NCBI GenBank assembly: GCA_902635645.1
Contig: CACPON010000004.1
Coordinates: 1-59,072 of the forward strand
From: an uncultured SAR86 cluster bacterium
GTDB taxonomy: Bacteria > Pseudomonadota > Gammaproteobacteria > Magnimaribacterales > D2472
Direction: 5' to 3'
DNA length: 59,072 nt
Shown here one piece after another: positions 32,490-42,527 of this stretch. The position numbers were made by a program, and so were the translations under genes. Numbering within the stretch: position 1 is the stretch's first letter; each line of letters starts with the position of its first letter. The notes below the pieces were generated by a model. That model searched no databases and had not been told where the DNA came from. It saw only the letters and a program-made list of their open reading frames with translations.

Positions 32490-35117
32490 TTAAAAACTAA
32501 ATTTAAATCCTAGAGAAACAGAAGAGCCAAGTTTATATTTATCATAAATGACTGATGATGCCATAGCTGCATAGTAGTCTTCATCTAGTAAATTTCTGAG
32601 CTCTAAAGATATTTTTAATGAAGAAGCATCGTAATAAATTTCTTTAGAGTAAACAAAATCAACTAATAAAGGAGGTTCTTCAATAACATCTGGAAGCACA
32701 TCTATACCCCTTGCTCGGACTCTGTCGCTAACATAGTTAACAATAAAAGTTCCTTGTGAGCCGTTTTGTAGATCGTCCCATCCAAATTGAATATTTCCTA
32801 TTAAGTCTGATTGACCTTGAAGACGTGTGTCTCTTCCGTTAGCAAATAAAGAAGCAGCACTTATTAAGGATCCCTGGCTGTTAACATATGTATCGCTAGC
32901 GCCATATACAACCTCGGATTCTGTGGCTGTAAGATTAAATTTTAATAAAAACTCTTTAGTTTGACCCCAATCAGAATTTGGCAATAAATCCTCAAATACT
33001 CTCTCGTATTCAAGCTCTATACCTGTTAATTCAGCACCAGGAACGTTCTGATAAGATGTAACGATCAGATCACCTGATTCATTAACAACTTCTTCAATTG
33101 GTTTAGATATATCTTTAAAGAATACTCCAGCTGTCATAAATTGGTTAACGCCCCAATAATACTCAGCTCTTAAATCAATATTATCTATTTCAGAATTTTC
33201 TAAGTATAAGGAACCTGCTATTACTCGATCTGTATCAACATCTATGAATAGAGTCGGTGAAAGTTCTCTAAATGTTGGTCTTGCAATAGTTTGTGATAGA
33301 CCTAATCTAAATTGAAGATTTTCATTGAATTCAGGTAGATATGTAAGAGTAAATGATGGAAGCGTATAATCCTCATCAAGAACTTTTTCAATATTTGAAT
33401 CGACTGGTTGAAATACATCATATGTATTTACCATTTGCTCACCATTTTCAGATCTAATACCCAGAGCAAGTCTATAATTTTCATTAATATAAGTATCTAT
33501 TGTTAGATACATTGAATCAGTAGTAAGCTCACCTTGATATCCAGCTGGTGATGATGCTGCTGTATTCTCTATCAGAATTAATCTTGATGGATCAAAATTT
33601 TTATCTGCAAAAATGTAATCAATTCTATTATCTAATCCATCCTGAGGAATTGGACCACCTTCAGCTAAAAATCTATAACTTCTAACTTGTGCATCTCTGT
33701 TGTTTTCTGTTAAATCATATCCAACTTTTAATACAGCATCTGTTTCAAATAGCTGAATCGGATAGCTTATATCAAGACCAACGTTTTCATTGTTGTCTTC
33801 GACATAACTAAACTGAGTTTGATTTCGTCCAGTATTAACGTCATATCTCCAGAAACCTCTATCATCTGTATCTTCATAAAATACCACTCTCTCATATGGT
33901 GAGTGTCTTGATGCTTCTCCAGAAGTTAATCTTAAATCAAGCTGAGCTCCATTATCATACATATATGAATAATTAATTTGATTATTAGTAAGTTCTCTTT
34001 CAAAAAACTCTATAAAGTCTTCTCTAACGTTACCAGCATCACTTGAATCATAACCATCGAGTATTCTTGCTCTTTTGGTGCCTTTGTGAATATACATTCC
34101 TGTGTATTTAAGCTCATAAGAATCTGTATCAATACCAATAACTGACATAGCGTATGATGTAACATCATTTGATGTACTTAAAAATGTTTTGTCGTTAGAG
34201 ATAATAACATCTGCAGTACCATCACCTTGTGCTTGAAGAGTTCCAGTTTGACGAATACCATCTTGTGTATCCCATGAGCTTCTCATACCTGCAGTAAACA
34301 TCACACCAAAAGTTGCGCTTGAATCTCCTAGTATTTCATCAATGGATATATCAAGTTCATCACCGTATGTGAAATTAAATGATTGATCTAATGGCACCTC
34401 ACCTTCTTGAATTACCCATAACTTTGAATTCTCGAATTCACGGCCAATATTTGATAATTCAACTACATCAAAATTTGAGCGATCTAACTTAAGATTTCTA
34501 TTTATAGCTTGTTGAACAGAATCAGGAAAATCTCTTATACCATCATCATAACCAATATCATCATCATCTCCGCCATCATACAACAAGCCGTCAGATAAAC
34601 TAGTAGCGTCATTAAATCCAGAAGAAAAAGAAAAATCTAATATTCTATCTGTTGGTACTGGTTTAGTCTCAATCTCTATAATACCTCCACCAAACTCTCC
34701 TGGCATATCTGCAGAATAAGTTTTTTGGATTACTGAAGAGTTAATTATTTGGGTAGGAAACAGATCAAGCGGCACAACTCTCTTTAATGGCTCTGGGCTT
34801 GGTAAATTAGAGCCATTTAATGTTGCTGCAGAGTATCTTTCACCTAAACCTCTAACATATACGTATTTACCTCTAACCAAACTTAAACCTGTAAGTCTTG
34901 TTAAAGCAACCGCGATGTTGTCATCTCCAGTTCTTTCTATTTCAGATGAATCTAAGATTGCTGATATTTCAGATGTATCTCTTTTTTCATCAGGAATGAA
35001 TGAACCACTTACTACAACCTCTTCAATTTCTTGACCAACCATAAAAGGAGCTATTAGTAATAAACTAATAGCTACTCTATGTATTGTTTTGTTTAGTTGT
35101 TCTATTGTTGCTCTCAT
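32490..35117 (-). CDS. TonB-dependent receptor (T2SS/lipoprotein-linked)
   Basis: EEVVVSG TonB box, YVYVRGLGERY, LPSPEPLKRVVPLDLFP, SQTIARPTFREL, C-terminal Phe. Start set at 35117 (GGAGA RBS). Confidence 0.95.
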   Translation of the reverse strand: MRATIEQLNKTIHRVAISLLLIAPFMVGQEIEEVVVSGSFIPDEKRDTSEISAILDSSEIERTGDDNIAVALTRLTGLSLVRGKYVYVRGLGERYSAATLNGSNLPSPEPLKRVVPLDLFPTQIINSSVIQKTYSADMPGEFGGGIIEIETKPVPTDRILDFSFSSGFNDATSLSDGLLYDGGDDDDIGYDDGIRDFPDSVQQAINRNLKLDRSNFDVVELSNIGREFENSKLWVIQEGEVPLDQSFNFTYGDELDISIDEILGDSSATFGVMFTAGMRSSWDTQDGIRQTGTLQAQGDGTADVIISNDKTFLSTSNDVTSYAMSVIGIDTDSYELKYTGMYIHKGTKRARILDGYDSSDAGNVREDFIEFFERELTNNQINYSYMYDNGAQLDLRLTSGEASRHSPYERVVFYEDTDDRGFWRYDVNTGRNQTQFSYVEDNNENVGLDISYPIQLFETDAVLKVGYDLTENNRDAQVRSYRFLAEGGPIPQDGLDNRIDYIFADKNFDPSRLILIENTAASSPAGYQGELTTDSMYLTIDTYINENYRLALGIRSENGEQMVNTYDVFQPVDSNIEKVLDEDYTLPSFTLTYLPEFNENLQFRLGLSQTIARPTFRELSPTLFIDVDTDRVIAGSLYLENSEIDNIDLRAEYYWGVNQFMTAGVFFKDISKPIEEVVNESGDLIVTSYQNVPGAELTGIELEYERVFEDLLPNSDWGQTKEFLLKFNLTATESEVVYGASDTYVNSQGSLISAASLFANGRDTRLQGQSDLIGNIQFGWDDLQNGSQGTFIVNYVSDRVRARGIDVLPDVIEEPPLLVDFVYSKEIYYDASSLKISLELRNLLDEDYYAAMASSVIYDKYKLGSSVSLGFKFSF

Positions 35118-35155
35118 TTGTTTCTCCAATAAAATTTATTTGTTATCACTCTTAT

Positions 35156-38110
35156 TTATTGGACGTCTATAGTTCCAGAGATTGTCCAGTTCTTATACCA
35201 CGTATCAGTTGCTCCTTTAACAGCACCAATGTAATCAGTCGTGTCAAAGAAACCATCTGCATTATAAGTAATAGGAATCGCAGTAACTGTAGCAGCAGTT
35301 TCTGCTGAACCATTTACGGGACCACTTAGTGTATTAACATATGTACCTCCACCAGAGTTGGCGCCGTAAAGATTATTGGTGCCCTCTCTAACAATTGATT
35401 CTATTTGAGCTACAGTAGCAAGGCCATCAGTTTTAATAAAACCGTTACACTGCATAGCAACAGAGTTCATTGAAAAATGAGGAGTAACTGCACCGTCTTG
35501 AGCAGTTTCAGCAAAAGTAGTTTCTATACAGTTTGTAGAATCATCTTTAACAACAGCCACGCCATTATAGTATTGACCAGACACACCTTCTTTTAATTTA
35601 AAGATTTCATCTTTACCACTACTTAAGAAAGTGAAGTTTGCAACAATAGGGTTAGACCTTGGCTCAGTTAAATATGCAACTGCTGCATCTGCATTAGTGT
35701 TATCTGATTCAACAACATGATCACCTACTCCATTTGATTGTTGAACAAGCACATATTGCATTCTTCCTTGATAACCCCAGTCAATATCGAGATTATCATC
35801 TCCGGCACCTGTACAAATTAAATGTTTCACATCAACTGTACCACCAAAGAACTCAACACAATCATCTTGGTTGTTATGAACTTGGATGTAATCAACAACT
35901 GTGCCATTACCGACTCCACCAAATGTAATTCCATTAAGCTCATTTCCTGGAAATACTTCGTATCCAGCATATTGAACCCTGACATATTTTAGTGATCCAC
36001 TACTGTCATTTGGGAGTTCGCCACCCATAGTATCGCCAGCTGAACCTTCAACTTCTTTTTCACATGGATCAACTCTTGTACCAGCTGATGTAGCTGAGCC
36101 TTGAGTTGAGAATGAACATTTGTTTATAGGCGCTTGACCTAATATTACCAATCCACCCCATAAACCTCTTGTGTTAACTATATCTGCTTCTCCAAGAATA
36201 TCTTGACGACCAGTCATAATAATTGGAGCCGAAGAAGTTCCAACAGCATGAATATCTGATCCTCTCATAACTACTAAATAGTCATTTCCTGATTCACCAA
36301 AAACTGTCACACCTGGTTCGATTGTTAATTTAGCACTAACACCGTCGGATTTTGTTCCATCTGCACCCATATCTTTTCCAATTGCAACTTTTCCATCTAA
36401 TTTATAGTAGTTTCCAGCTACAAGAGTTAAATCTGATGTAACTTCTCCAGATAAACTACAAACTTTTTTACCTAGAAGAACCTCAGATTCTAATGTACCT
36501 GCAGGACATTCAGGTGCTTCAAATAAACCAATGGTCCAGCCTGATGCCCAGTTATTTTCAAGATCTGATCCTGGAGAAAAAGCTCCAATGTAATCAGTTG
36601 CCGAGAACCATGTATCAACAATGTATCTTCCTTCTTTTGAACTATATGTTGGACATAGATCGGTTGTTGTTCCAGCAGCATGTGGACCTACTGCACACAT
36701 ACCTTGAACTTTATCACCATTAAAAGCAGAAACAACAGCTGACTCTGCATCACCTAAAAACATTCCAGATACTAAAGTATTTGTATCTAACACAAGATCA
36801 GTAGCTCTAGATGTAAGAGATGCTTCTAATTCTTCAACCGTAACAGCAGCTGTTTCACTATCTGGTTCTGAGTATTTAAATGGAGATGTGTCTCCAGCAG
36901 AATCCATAAAGATGCTGTGATGCTGAATTTTAGGAGTAAGGGCACCATCTTGAACAGTTTCTAAATTAGTTGCCTCAATTAAATTTTGAGAATTAACATT
37001 TACAACAACACCGTTAATGTATATTCCAGAAACACCTTCTTTGTACTTTAATGGTTCGTCTAATCCCTGAGAAATAAAAGTAAAGTTTGCTACCATTGGT
37101 CTTGATCTAGGTTCTGTTAAATAGCCTACTGAGGAATCTGAATTAGTGTTATCTGATTCTACTATGTGATCACCTACACCACTTGATTGCTTAACAACAA
37201 CAAATTGCATTTTACCTTGGTAACCCCAGTCAATATCTAAGTTGTCATCACCTGCACCTGTACAGATTAAATGTTTTACATTGACTGTCCCTCCAAAGAA
37301 CTCAACGCAGTCGTCTTGATTATTATGAACTTGTACATAATCAACTTCAGTTCCAGATCCTACAGCTCCAAATGTAATACCATTAAGTTCATTCCCTGGA
37401 AAAATTTCATATCCAGCATATTCAACTCTGACAAAATTTAATTTTCCAGAATCATCGTCTGGTGTGGCTCCACCCATTAAAGCATCAGAGCCTTCAACAA
37501 CTCTCTCACAAGCAGCTGTTCCTCTTACGTCATTTGAACACTTGTTAATTGGAGCTTTTCCAAGAATTACAATACCGCCCCATAAACCTCTTTCATTTTC
37601 ACTAACTGTGCCTTCTATAGCAGTATTATGAGTAAATCTAATTGGAGCTGAACGAGTACCGTTAGCAATAATTTTTGATCCTCTATTAACAACTAAATAA
37701 TCATTTGATGTTCTACCCATTATTACAACTCCAGCTGGAATAATTAATGTTCCAGATGCTCCACCAGCTTTGGTGCCATCACCTCCCATATCAATACCAA
37801 TATCAACTTTGCCAAGCATTCTATACATAACATCATCTGTTAATGTTAATTCACCAGTTATTGGGCCTTGAATTGCACATACGTTGTTACCCGCAACAGG
37901 TGAACCTACTTGTATAAATTCAGAATCAGGGCATGAACCTGTAAGTACATTACTGTTTGAACCACCGGTGCTACCACCACCTCCAGATGGATCTGATAAA
38001 GGACCCAACTCTCCAGGTGATGCTATAGATGTATCTCCTCCACCACCACATGCGGCAAGCAAAAATATAGATGTTAAAAATAATGAATTCTTAATTGATT
38101 TAGTGAACAT
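35156..38110 (-). CDS. 984-aa lipoprotein with two tandem beta-helix-like domains (ElpS-like)
   Basis: Lipobox LAAC, Gly/Ser linker, and two ~450-aa copies each with GLWGG.VILG.APINKC, YAGYE.FPGNELNGITFG.VG.GT, DDCVEFFGGTV and TDYIGA. GGAGG RBS. Confidence 0.85.
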   Translation of the reverse strand: MFTKSIKNSLFLTSIFLLAACGGGGDTSIASPGELGPLSDPSGGGGSTGGSNSNVLTGSCPDSEFIQVGSPVAGNNVCAIQGPITGELTLTDDVMYRMLGKVDIGIDMGGDGTKAGGASGTLIIPAGVVIMGRTSNDYLVVNRGSKIIANGTRSAPIRFTHNTAIEGTVSENERGLWGGIVILGKAPINKCSNDVRGTAACERVVEGSDALMGGATPDDDSGKLNFVRVEYAGYEIFPGNELNGITFGAVGSGTEVDYVQVHNNQDDCVEFFGGTVNVKHLICTGAGDDNLDIDWGYQGKMQFVVVKQSSGVGDHIVESDNTNSDSSVGYLTEPRSRPMVANFTFISQGLDEPLKYKEGVSGIYINGVVVNVNSQNLIEATNLETVQDGALTPKIQHHSIFMDSAGDTSPFKYSEPDSETAAVTVEELEASLTSRATDLVLDTNTLVSGMFLGDAESAVVSAFNGDKVQGMCAVGPHAAGTTTDLCPTYSSKEGRYIVDTWFSATDYIGAFSPGSDLENNWASGWTIGLFEAPECPAGTLESEVLLGKKVCSLSGEVTSDLTLVAGNYYKLDGKVAIGKDMGADGTKSDGVSAKLTIEPGVTVFGESGNDYLVVMRGSDIHAVGTSSAPIIMTGRQDILGEADIVNTRGLWGGLVILGQAPINKCSFSTQGSATSAGTRVDPCEKEVEGSAGDTMGGELPNDSSGSLKYVRVQYAGYEVFPGNELNGITFGGVGNGTVVDYIQVHNNQDDCVEFFGGTVDVKHLICTGAGDDNLDIDWGYQGRMQYVLVQQSNGVGDHVVESDNTNADAAVAYLTEPRSNPIVANFTFLSSGKDEIFKLKEGVSGQYYNGVAVVKDDSTNCIETTFAETAQDGAVTPHFSMNSVAMQCNGFIKTDGLATVAQIESIVREGTNNLYGANSGGGTYVNTLSGPVNGSAETAATVTAIPITYNADGFFDTTDYIGAVKGATDTWYKNWTISGTIDVQ
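35170..37933 (-). repeat. Intragenic tandem domain duplication (copy 1 ~37933-36520, copy 2 ~36508-35170)
   Basis: ~37220-37333 and ~35770-35883 encode the nearly identical peptide QVHNNQDDCVEFFGGTVxVKHLICTGAGDDNLDIDWGYQG with many third-position differences. Confidence 0.92.
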
Positions 38111-38179
38111 AAATTATTCTCCTCCAAGAAAAATATGAGAATATTTAAATCTATTAGTGAAAAGTTATTAAGGAGAGAA

Positions 38180-38238
38180 TGTTAATTAATGCTAATTTAT
38201 TGTTACAGTAAGTGGAGATTTTGTTACGTCTTCGTAAC
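38180..38238 (-). promoter_or_regulatory. Pho-box-like array upstream of the lipoprotein-TBDR-gsp operon
   Basis: Minus-strand hexamers GTTACG, GTAACA, GTAACA, TTAGCA, TTAACA at + positions 38233, 38222, 38201, 38190, 38180 (10-11 bp phasing). Confidence 0.65.
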
Positions 38239-38241
38239 TAA

Positions 38242-40011
38242 TTACTTTGAAACTGGCAGTGAAAACCAAAACTCTGAACCTTTTTGTGGAGCATTCCTTA
38301 CACCTACGTCACCATTAAGACTATTAGCAAGATTTTTTACAATTGCTAAACCCAATCCGCTTCCTTTTTTTTCAGATGCTCTTGCTTCAGCCGTTCTAAA
38401 GAATCTATCAAATATCAAAGGCTTATCCTCATCTGAAATGCCTTTTCCGCTATCCGTTATTGTCACAACAACATTGTCTTCTTTTTTCTTAGTTTTGGTT
38501 GATATTTCAATTACTGAGTTTTCTTCACTATATTTAAAAGCATTATCTATTAAATTTGTAAGAATACGCTCTAAAGCTTTTTTATCAGCAAGAACTAATT
38601 GAGGTTTTTTTGGACAATTACATTTAATAGAAATATTTTTCTTCTTACCAAGGTGTTTAAGAGAATCAATTACTTGATCAATAGATTCTTTTAAATCAGT
38701 TTCCTCAATAATTAATTTTAGCTCGCCGTGCTCAATTCTTGAAAGATCTAGCAAGTCTGAAACCATTTCTGATAATCTTTCAGAGTTATGTAATATAGCT
38801 TTAGAAAAAACTTTTGCTTGTTTTTTATCGTCTAACGCTCCTTGAAGCAAAGTTTCTGAATTGGCTCTTATAACACTCACTGGAGTTCTAAGCTCATGGG
38901 AAACATTTGATATGAAATCTCGCCTCATTGAACTTAATTGTCTTAACTGGGTTATATCATGTATCACTAAAATAAACTCTTTAGTTGTTTTTGATTGATT
39001 CATCGAAGCTAGAACCCATTTAGTTGTTCTATCACTGTTCTCAATTTCAAATTCAATATCTGCAGATTTTGTTCTTTTAGTTTTTTTGTACAAGCTTTGG
39101 ATTGATTTAATACCTATGTCTTTTATTTGATTGCCAACAAGATCTTCTTTTGAAAGAATTTCTAAAAATTGCTCATTACAGTATGTAACTTCACCTGCTT
39201 TATCTGCAACCATAATACCTTCACCAAGATCATCAAGAACCAAACCAAACTGATCTCTTTGTTTAGCTAAGAGATTAATTTGAGATTTTAGATCTTCTGA
39301 AATTTGTGAAATACTTCTTGCAACGTTACCAAACTCATCAACCCTCTCTGTGGGTAAGGCTTTGATTGAACTTTTCTTCAATGAGCCACTTGCAAGATTG
39401 GATGCTGCGTTTGCTAATTCAGCTATACTCGAATAGGTGTAATTTGCTGCAACTCCACTAGCTATAGTTGCAACCAATAAAGCTACCATAGCAACGAGTA
39501 GAATTGATAAATCGAGACTTTCTATTGCCTGATCAAGATATGTATAGGGAACAGCAATTCTTATAACATTTGGTGATATCTCATTTTTATCTCTAATTGC
39601 AACATACAGCTGTTGTTGGTTTACTGAGCTGCTATATCTTGAGGACCAACCAAAACCGGTTTGCAGTGCCTCAATAAATTCTTCTCTATCGCTATGATTT
39701 TCCAATAAGTCGATTTGATTTTCATCAATATATGAATCACCTATTACCCTTCCATTATTTAAAATTAATGTAACTCTTGAGTTTGATGCATTTCCAAGTC
39801 TATCAGCAATGGAATCAGCATTATTATTTTCTTGAAGCGAGTCTACTTCATCAATATATTCAACTAGCAGTGATGCTTGCTTCTCCAATTGGTCTAAGAT
39901 TTGTTCTTCAAATGTGTTTGTTAAATCTCTCTCAGCAATAATATATGAAATAGTAATGCTTATTGATAGCGATAAGAATATTAATAAAAAGATGCGGGTT
40001 CTTATACCCAT
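38242..40011 (-). CDS. phoR: PhoR-like sensor histidine kinase (periplasmic domain, HAMP, PAS, HisKA, HATPase)
   Basis: RRDFISNVSHELRTP H-box, NLIDNAFKY, D.GKGI, GSGLGL; follows phoB inside a phosphorus island. Confidence 0.85.
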   Translation of the reverse strand: MGIRTRIFLLIFLSLSISITISYIIAERDLTNTFEEQILDQLEKQASLLVEYIDEVDSLQENNNADSIADRLGNASNSRVTLILNNGRVIGDSYIDENQIDLLENHSDREEFIEALQTGFGWSSRYSSSVNQQQLYVAIRDKNEISPNVIRIAVPYTYLDQAIESLDLSILLVAMVALLVATIASGVAANYTYSSIAELANAASNLASGSLKKSSIKALPTERVDEFGNVARSISQISEDLKSQINLLAKQRDQFGLVLDDLGEGIMVADKAGEVTYCNEQFLEILSKEDLVGNQIKDIGIKSIQSLYKKTKRTKSADIEFEIENSDRTTKWVLASMNQSKTTKEFILVIHDITQLRQLSSMRRDFISNVSHELRTPVSVIRANSETLLQGALDDKKQAKVFSKAILHNSERLSEMVSDLLDLSRIEHGELKLIIEETDLKESIDQVIDSLKHLGKKKNISIKCNCPKKPQLVLADKKALERILTNLIDNAFKYSEENSVIEISTKTKKKEDNVVVTITDSGKGISDEDKPLIFDRFFRTAEARASEKKGSGLGLAIVKNLANSLNGDVGVRNAPQKGSEFWFSLPVSK

Positions 40012-40014
40012 AAA

Positions 40015-40707
40015 TTACTCAGGTGTTCTTGAAAATTTGTAACCCACACCTCTGATAGTTTGAACATATTTACCCATGACTCCAAGTTTTTCTCTGAGTC
40101 TTTTAATATGAGTATCAACTGTTCTGGTTGTTACATCAGCGCTATAACCCCAAACATCAGATAATAATTGGTCTCTTGATTGAACCCTTCCTCTTCGATC
40201 AACTAATTGGCGCAAAAGTTTAAATTCTAAGGCTGTTAATGTAATAGATTCATTATCAACAAATACCTCATGAGAATCTACATCAATTACTAAATCACCA
40301 AATTGCCTTTGTACTTCAAGATTTGCTGATTTTTGATCACCTCTTTTTAAAACCGCTTTTACTCTTAATATTAATTCTCTAACACTAAATGGCTTAGTAA
40401 CATAGTCATCAGCACCCAATTCAAAACCAACAACTTTATCAACTTCATCATCTTTAGCAGTAAGTATGATTATTGGAGTGGTCTTTTTTTCTGAATCTGA
40501 TTTCAACTCTCGGCATAAATCTAACCCCGAGCCGTCAGGTAACATCAGATCAAGCAAAATTAAAGAAAATTGATCAGCGTTTATATAGTTTTTACCCTCA
40601 GAAAGTGAGGAGGCACAAGCAACATCAAAGCCCTCTCTTGATAAATTGTATTCAAGAGTTTTTCTAATATCAGGCTCGTCTTCTATAAGTAATATTTTTT
40701 GCAACAT
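40015..40707 (-). CDS. phoB: PhoB/PhoP-like OmpR-family response regulator
   Basis: LLDLMLPD, GADDYVTKPFS, SRDQLLSDVWG, RTVDTHIKRLR, TIRGVGY. Confidence 0.85.
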   Translation of the reverse strand: MLQKILLIEDEPDIRKTLEYNLSREGFDVACASSLSEGKNYINADQFSLILLDLMLPDGSGLDLCRELKSDSEKKTTPIIILTAKDDEVDKVVGFELGADDYVTKPFSVRELILRVKAVLKRGDQKSANLEVQRQFGDLVIDVDSHEVFVDNESITLTALEFKLLRQLVDRRGRVQSRDQLLSDVWGYSADVTTRTVDTHIKRLREKLGVMGKYVQTIRGVGYKFSRTPE

Positions 40708-40773
40708 AAATAAACCTAAATTGTTTTCTATTTATACTCTTTTTTCTTAAAAGATAAAGTATTTTGTATTAAA

Positions 40774-42450
40774 TTAAATATTCTCTAAAAACTGCTCTCT
40801 AAGGTTTGGTTTATCAAATTTACCCGATCCAACTCTAGGCAGGCTATTTTCATAAAATTTAATATTAACTGGTATTTTAAAAGCGGCTAGTTTTGTTGAT
40901 AAGAACGACTGGAGTTCATCAGTTGATAGTTTTGAATTTTCTCTTAAATAAATAGCTGCGCAAAGAATCTCTCCTAGCCTTTCATCAGGGACTCCGAATA
41001 CGCAAGCTTCAAGAATATCATCATGTTCATATATTGCTCCTTCAACTTCTGGGCATGCGATATTTTCACCGCCACGAATAACGATATCTTTAACTCTATC
41101 TAATATATAGAGGAAAGGGCCATCAAATTTTCCAAGATCACCTGATCTAAACCAACCATCATCACTCATACATTGCTTTGTTGCTTCAGGATCTTTCCAA
41201 TAACCCATCATGTTACCAAGTGACTTAATGGCAACCTCACCAACCTCTCCTTCGGGCAATTCATTCCAATCTTCATCAATTATTTTGATTTCTGTAAGAG
41301 GCGGAACAACTCTTCCAGTTGAATTTGGATGATTTACATATTCATCACCACCACCCAAGGCACCCAATGCATTAGTTTCAGATAAGCCATAACCAATAGC
41401 TGGCCTTGCTTCAAACTCAGCATCTAACTGTTTTACATGCTCAGCAGGTCTTGGAGCGCCGCCTGCACCTAAAGTTTTTAAAGATGATAAATCATAATTT
41501 AATCTTTCAGGATGATTAAGCAATTCCCAAGTCTGTGTAGGAACGCCGGTAATATCTGTTACTTTTTCTTGTTCAATTAACTTTAGAGCTAGTCCGGAAT
41601 CCCATTTTTTCATCATGACAATTTTTCTCCCAACTAGAACAGACATTAATAATCCTGCATGACTTCCAGTAACATGGAATAAAGGAACGCAATGTAAAAT
41701 TACGGATTCTGGGCTTACTATAGCTGCTGCATCTGGATTTTTTTGTGCTTCAACTTGATTCATTACAGATGAAAAGCATGCCCAACTGAACATTGTAGCT
41801 AAGACAGCTTTTTGAGATGACAAAACACCCTTAGGTTTTCCAGTAGATCCTGAGGTGTAATAAATTGTTGCATGATCATTTCTACCAATTTCTACATCTG
41901 GAAATGTCTTATCATGTCCAGAAATAAAATCATCGAAAGATGTAAATGAAGTATCTGGTGTATAGCTGGTAACTATTTTTTTAACATTTGGTAGTGATTC
42001 TAATCCTTGTAATCTTTTTGAATCAGCTATTAATAATTTAGCATCAGAATGATTTAAACCATATATAACTTCAGACGGAACCCACCACGAGTTTAGCGGA
42101 ACGCATACAGCTCCTATGCCCACAATGCCAAAATAGGAATATACAAATTCAGGATTATTTTGCATGCATATTGCCACCCTATCACCCTTTTTAATACCAG
42201 CCTTAATTAATGCATTTCCAGTTTGAGCACTTTTTTCAAAAACTTCCTTATAGGTATGTCTCTCATCCTCATAAATTAAGCATTCTTTATCTGCATGAGC
42301 TAAAGCAAAATCTAAATAGCCTCTGAGGCTATCTGGAAGATTAATGTATTCTTTAAAAGTAACACCATTTTCATTAGTAACTTCTTTAGTTTCAAACATT
42401 TGACCTGGTGCAGTATGTTGATCCAAAATTTCTTGATATAAATCTTTCAT
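40774..42450 (-). CDS. Long-chain acyl-CoA ligase (class I adenylate-forming)
   Basis: YTSGSTGKPKG, GYGLSET, SGDLG, RGGENI, terminal GKFDK. Confidence 0.92.
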   Translation of the reverse strand: MKDLYQEILDQHTAPGQMFETKEVTNENGVTFKEYINLPDSLRGYLDFALAHADKECLIYEDERHTYKEVFEKSAQTGNALIKAGIKKGDRVAICMQNNPEFVYSYFGIVGIGAVCVPLNSWWVPSEVIYGLNHSDAKLLIADSKRLQGLESLPNVKKIVTSYTPDTSFTSFDDFISGHDKTFPDVEIGRNDHATIYYTSGSTGKPKGVLSSQKAVLATMFSWACFSSVMNQVEAQKNPDAAAIVSPESVILHCVPLFHVTGSHAGLLMSVLVGRKIVMMKKWDSGLALKLIEQEKVTDITGVPTQTWELLNHPERLNYDLSSLKTLGAGGAPRPAEHVKQLDAEFEARPAIGYGLSETNALGALGGGDEYVNHPNSTGRVVPPLTEIKIIDEDWNELPEGEVGEVAIKSLGNMMGYWKDPEATKQCMSDDGWFRSGDLGKFDGPFLYILDRVKDIVIRGGENIACPEVEGAIYEHDDILEACVFGVPDERLGEILCAAIYLRENSKLSTDELQSFLSTKLAAFKIPVNIKFYENSLPRVGSGKFDKPNLREQFLENI

Positions 42451-42527
42451 AATAAATTTTTATATATATTAATTAGAAAGAAGTTATTATAACTAAACCT
42501 TCTTATTAGTATATTTATAAAATAAAG

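Noticed and set aside
38189-38602. 137-aa plus-strand ORF with an upstream AGGAG
   Set aside because: Antisense to the conserved PhoR ATPase domain and overlapping the Pho-box array; typical shadow ORF.
40708-40773. Autoregulatory Pho box upstream of phoB
   Set aside because: No phased GTNACA repeats visible in this gap.
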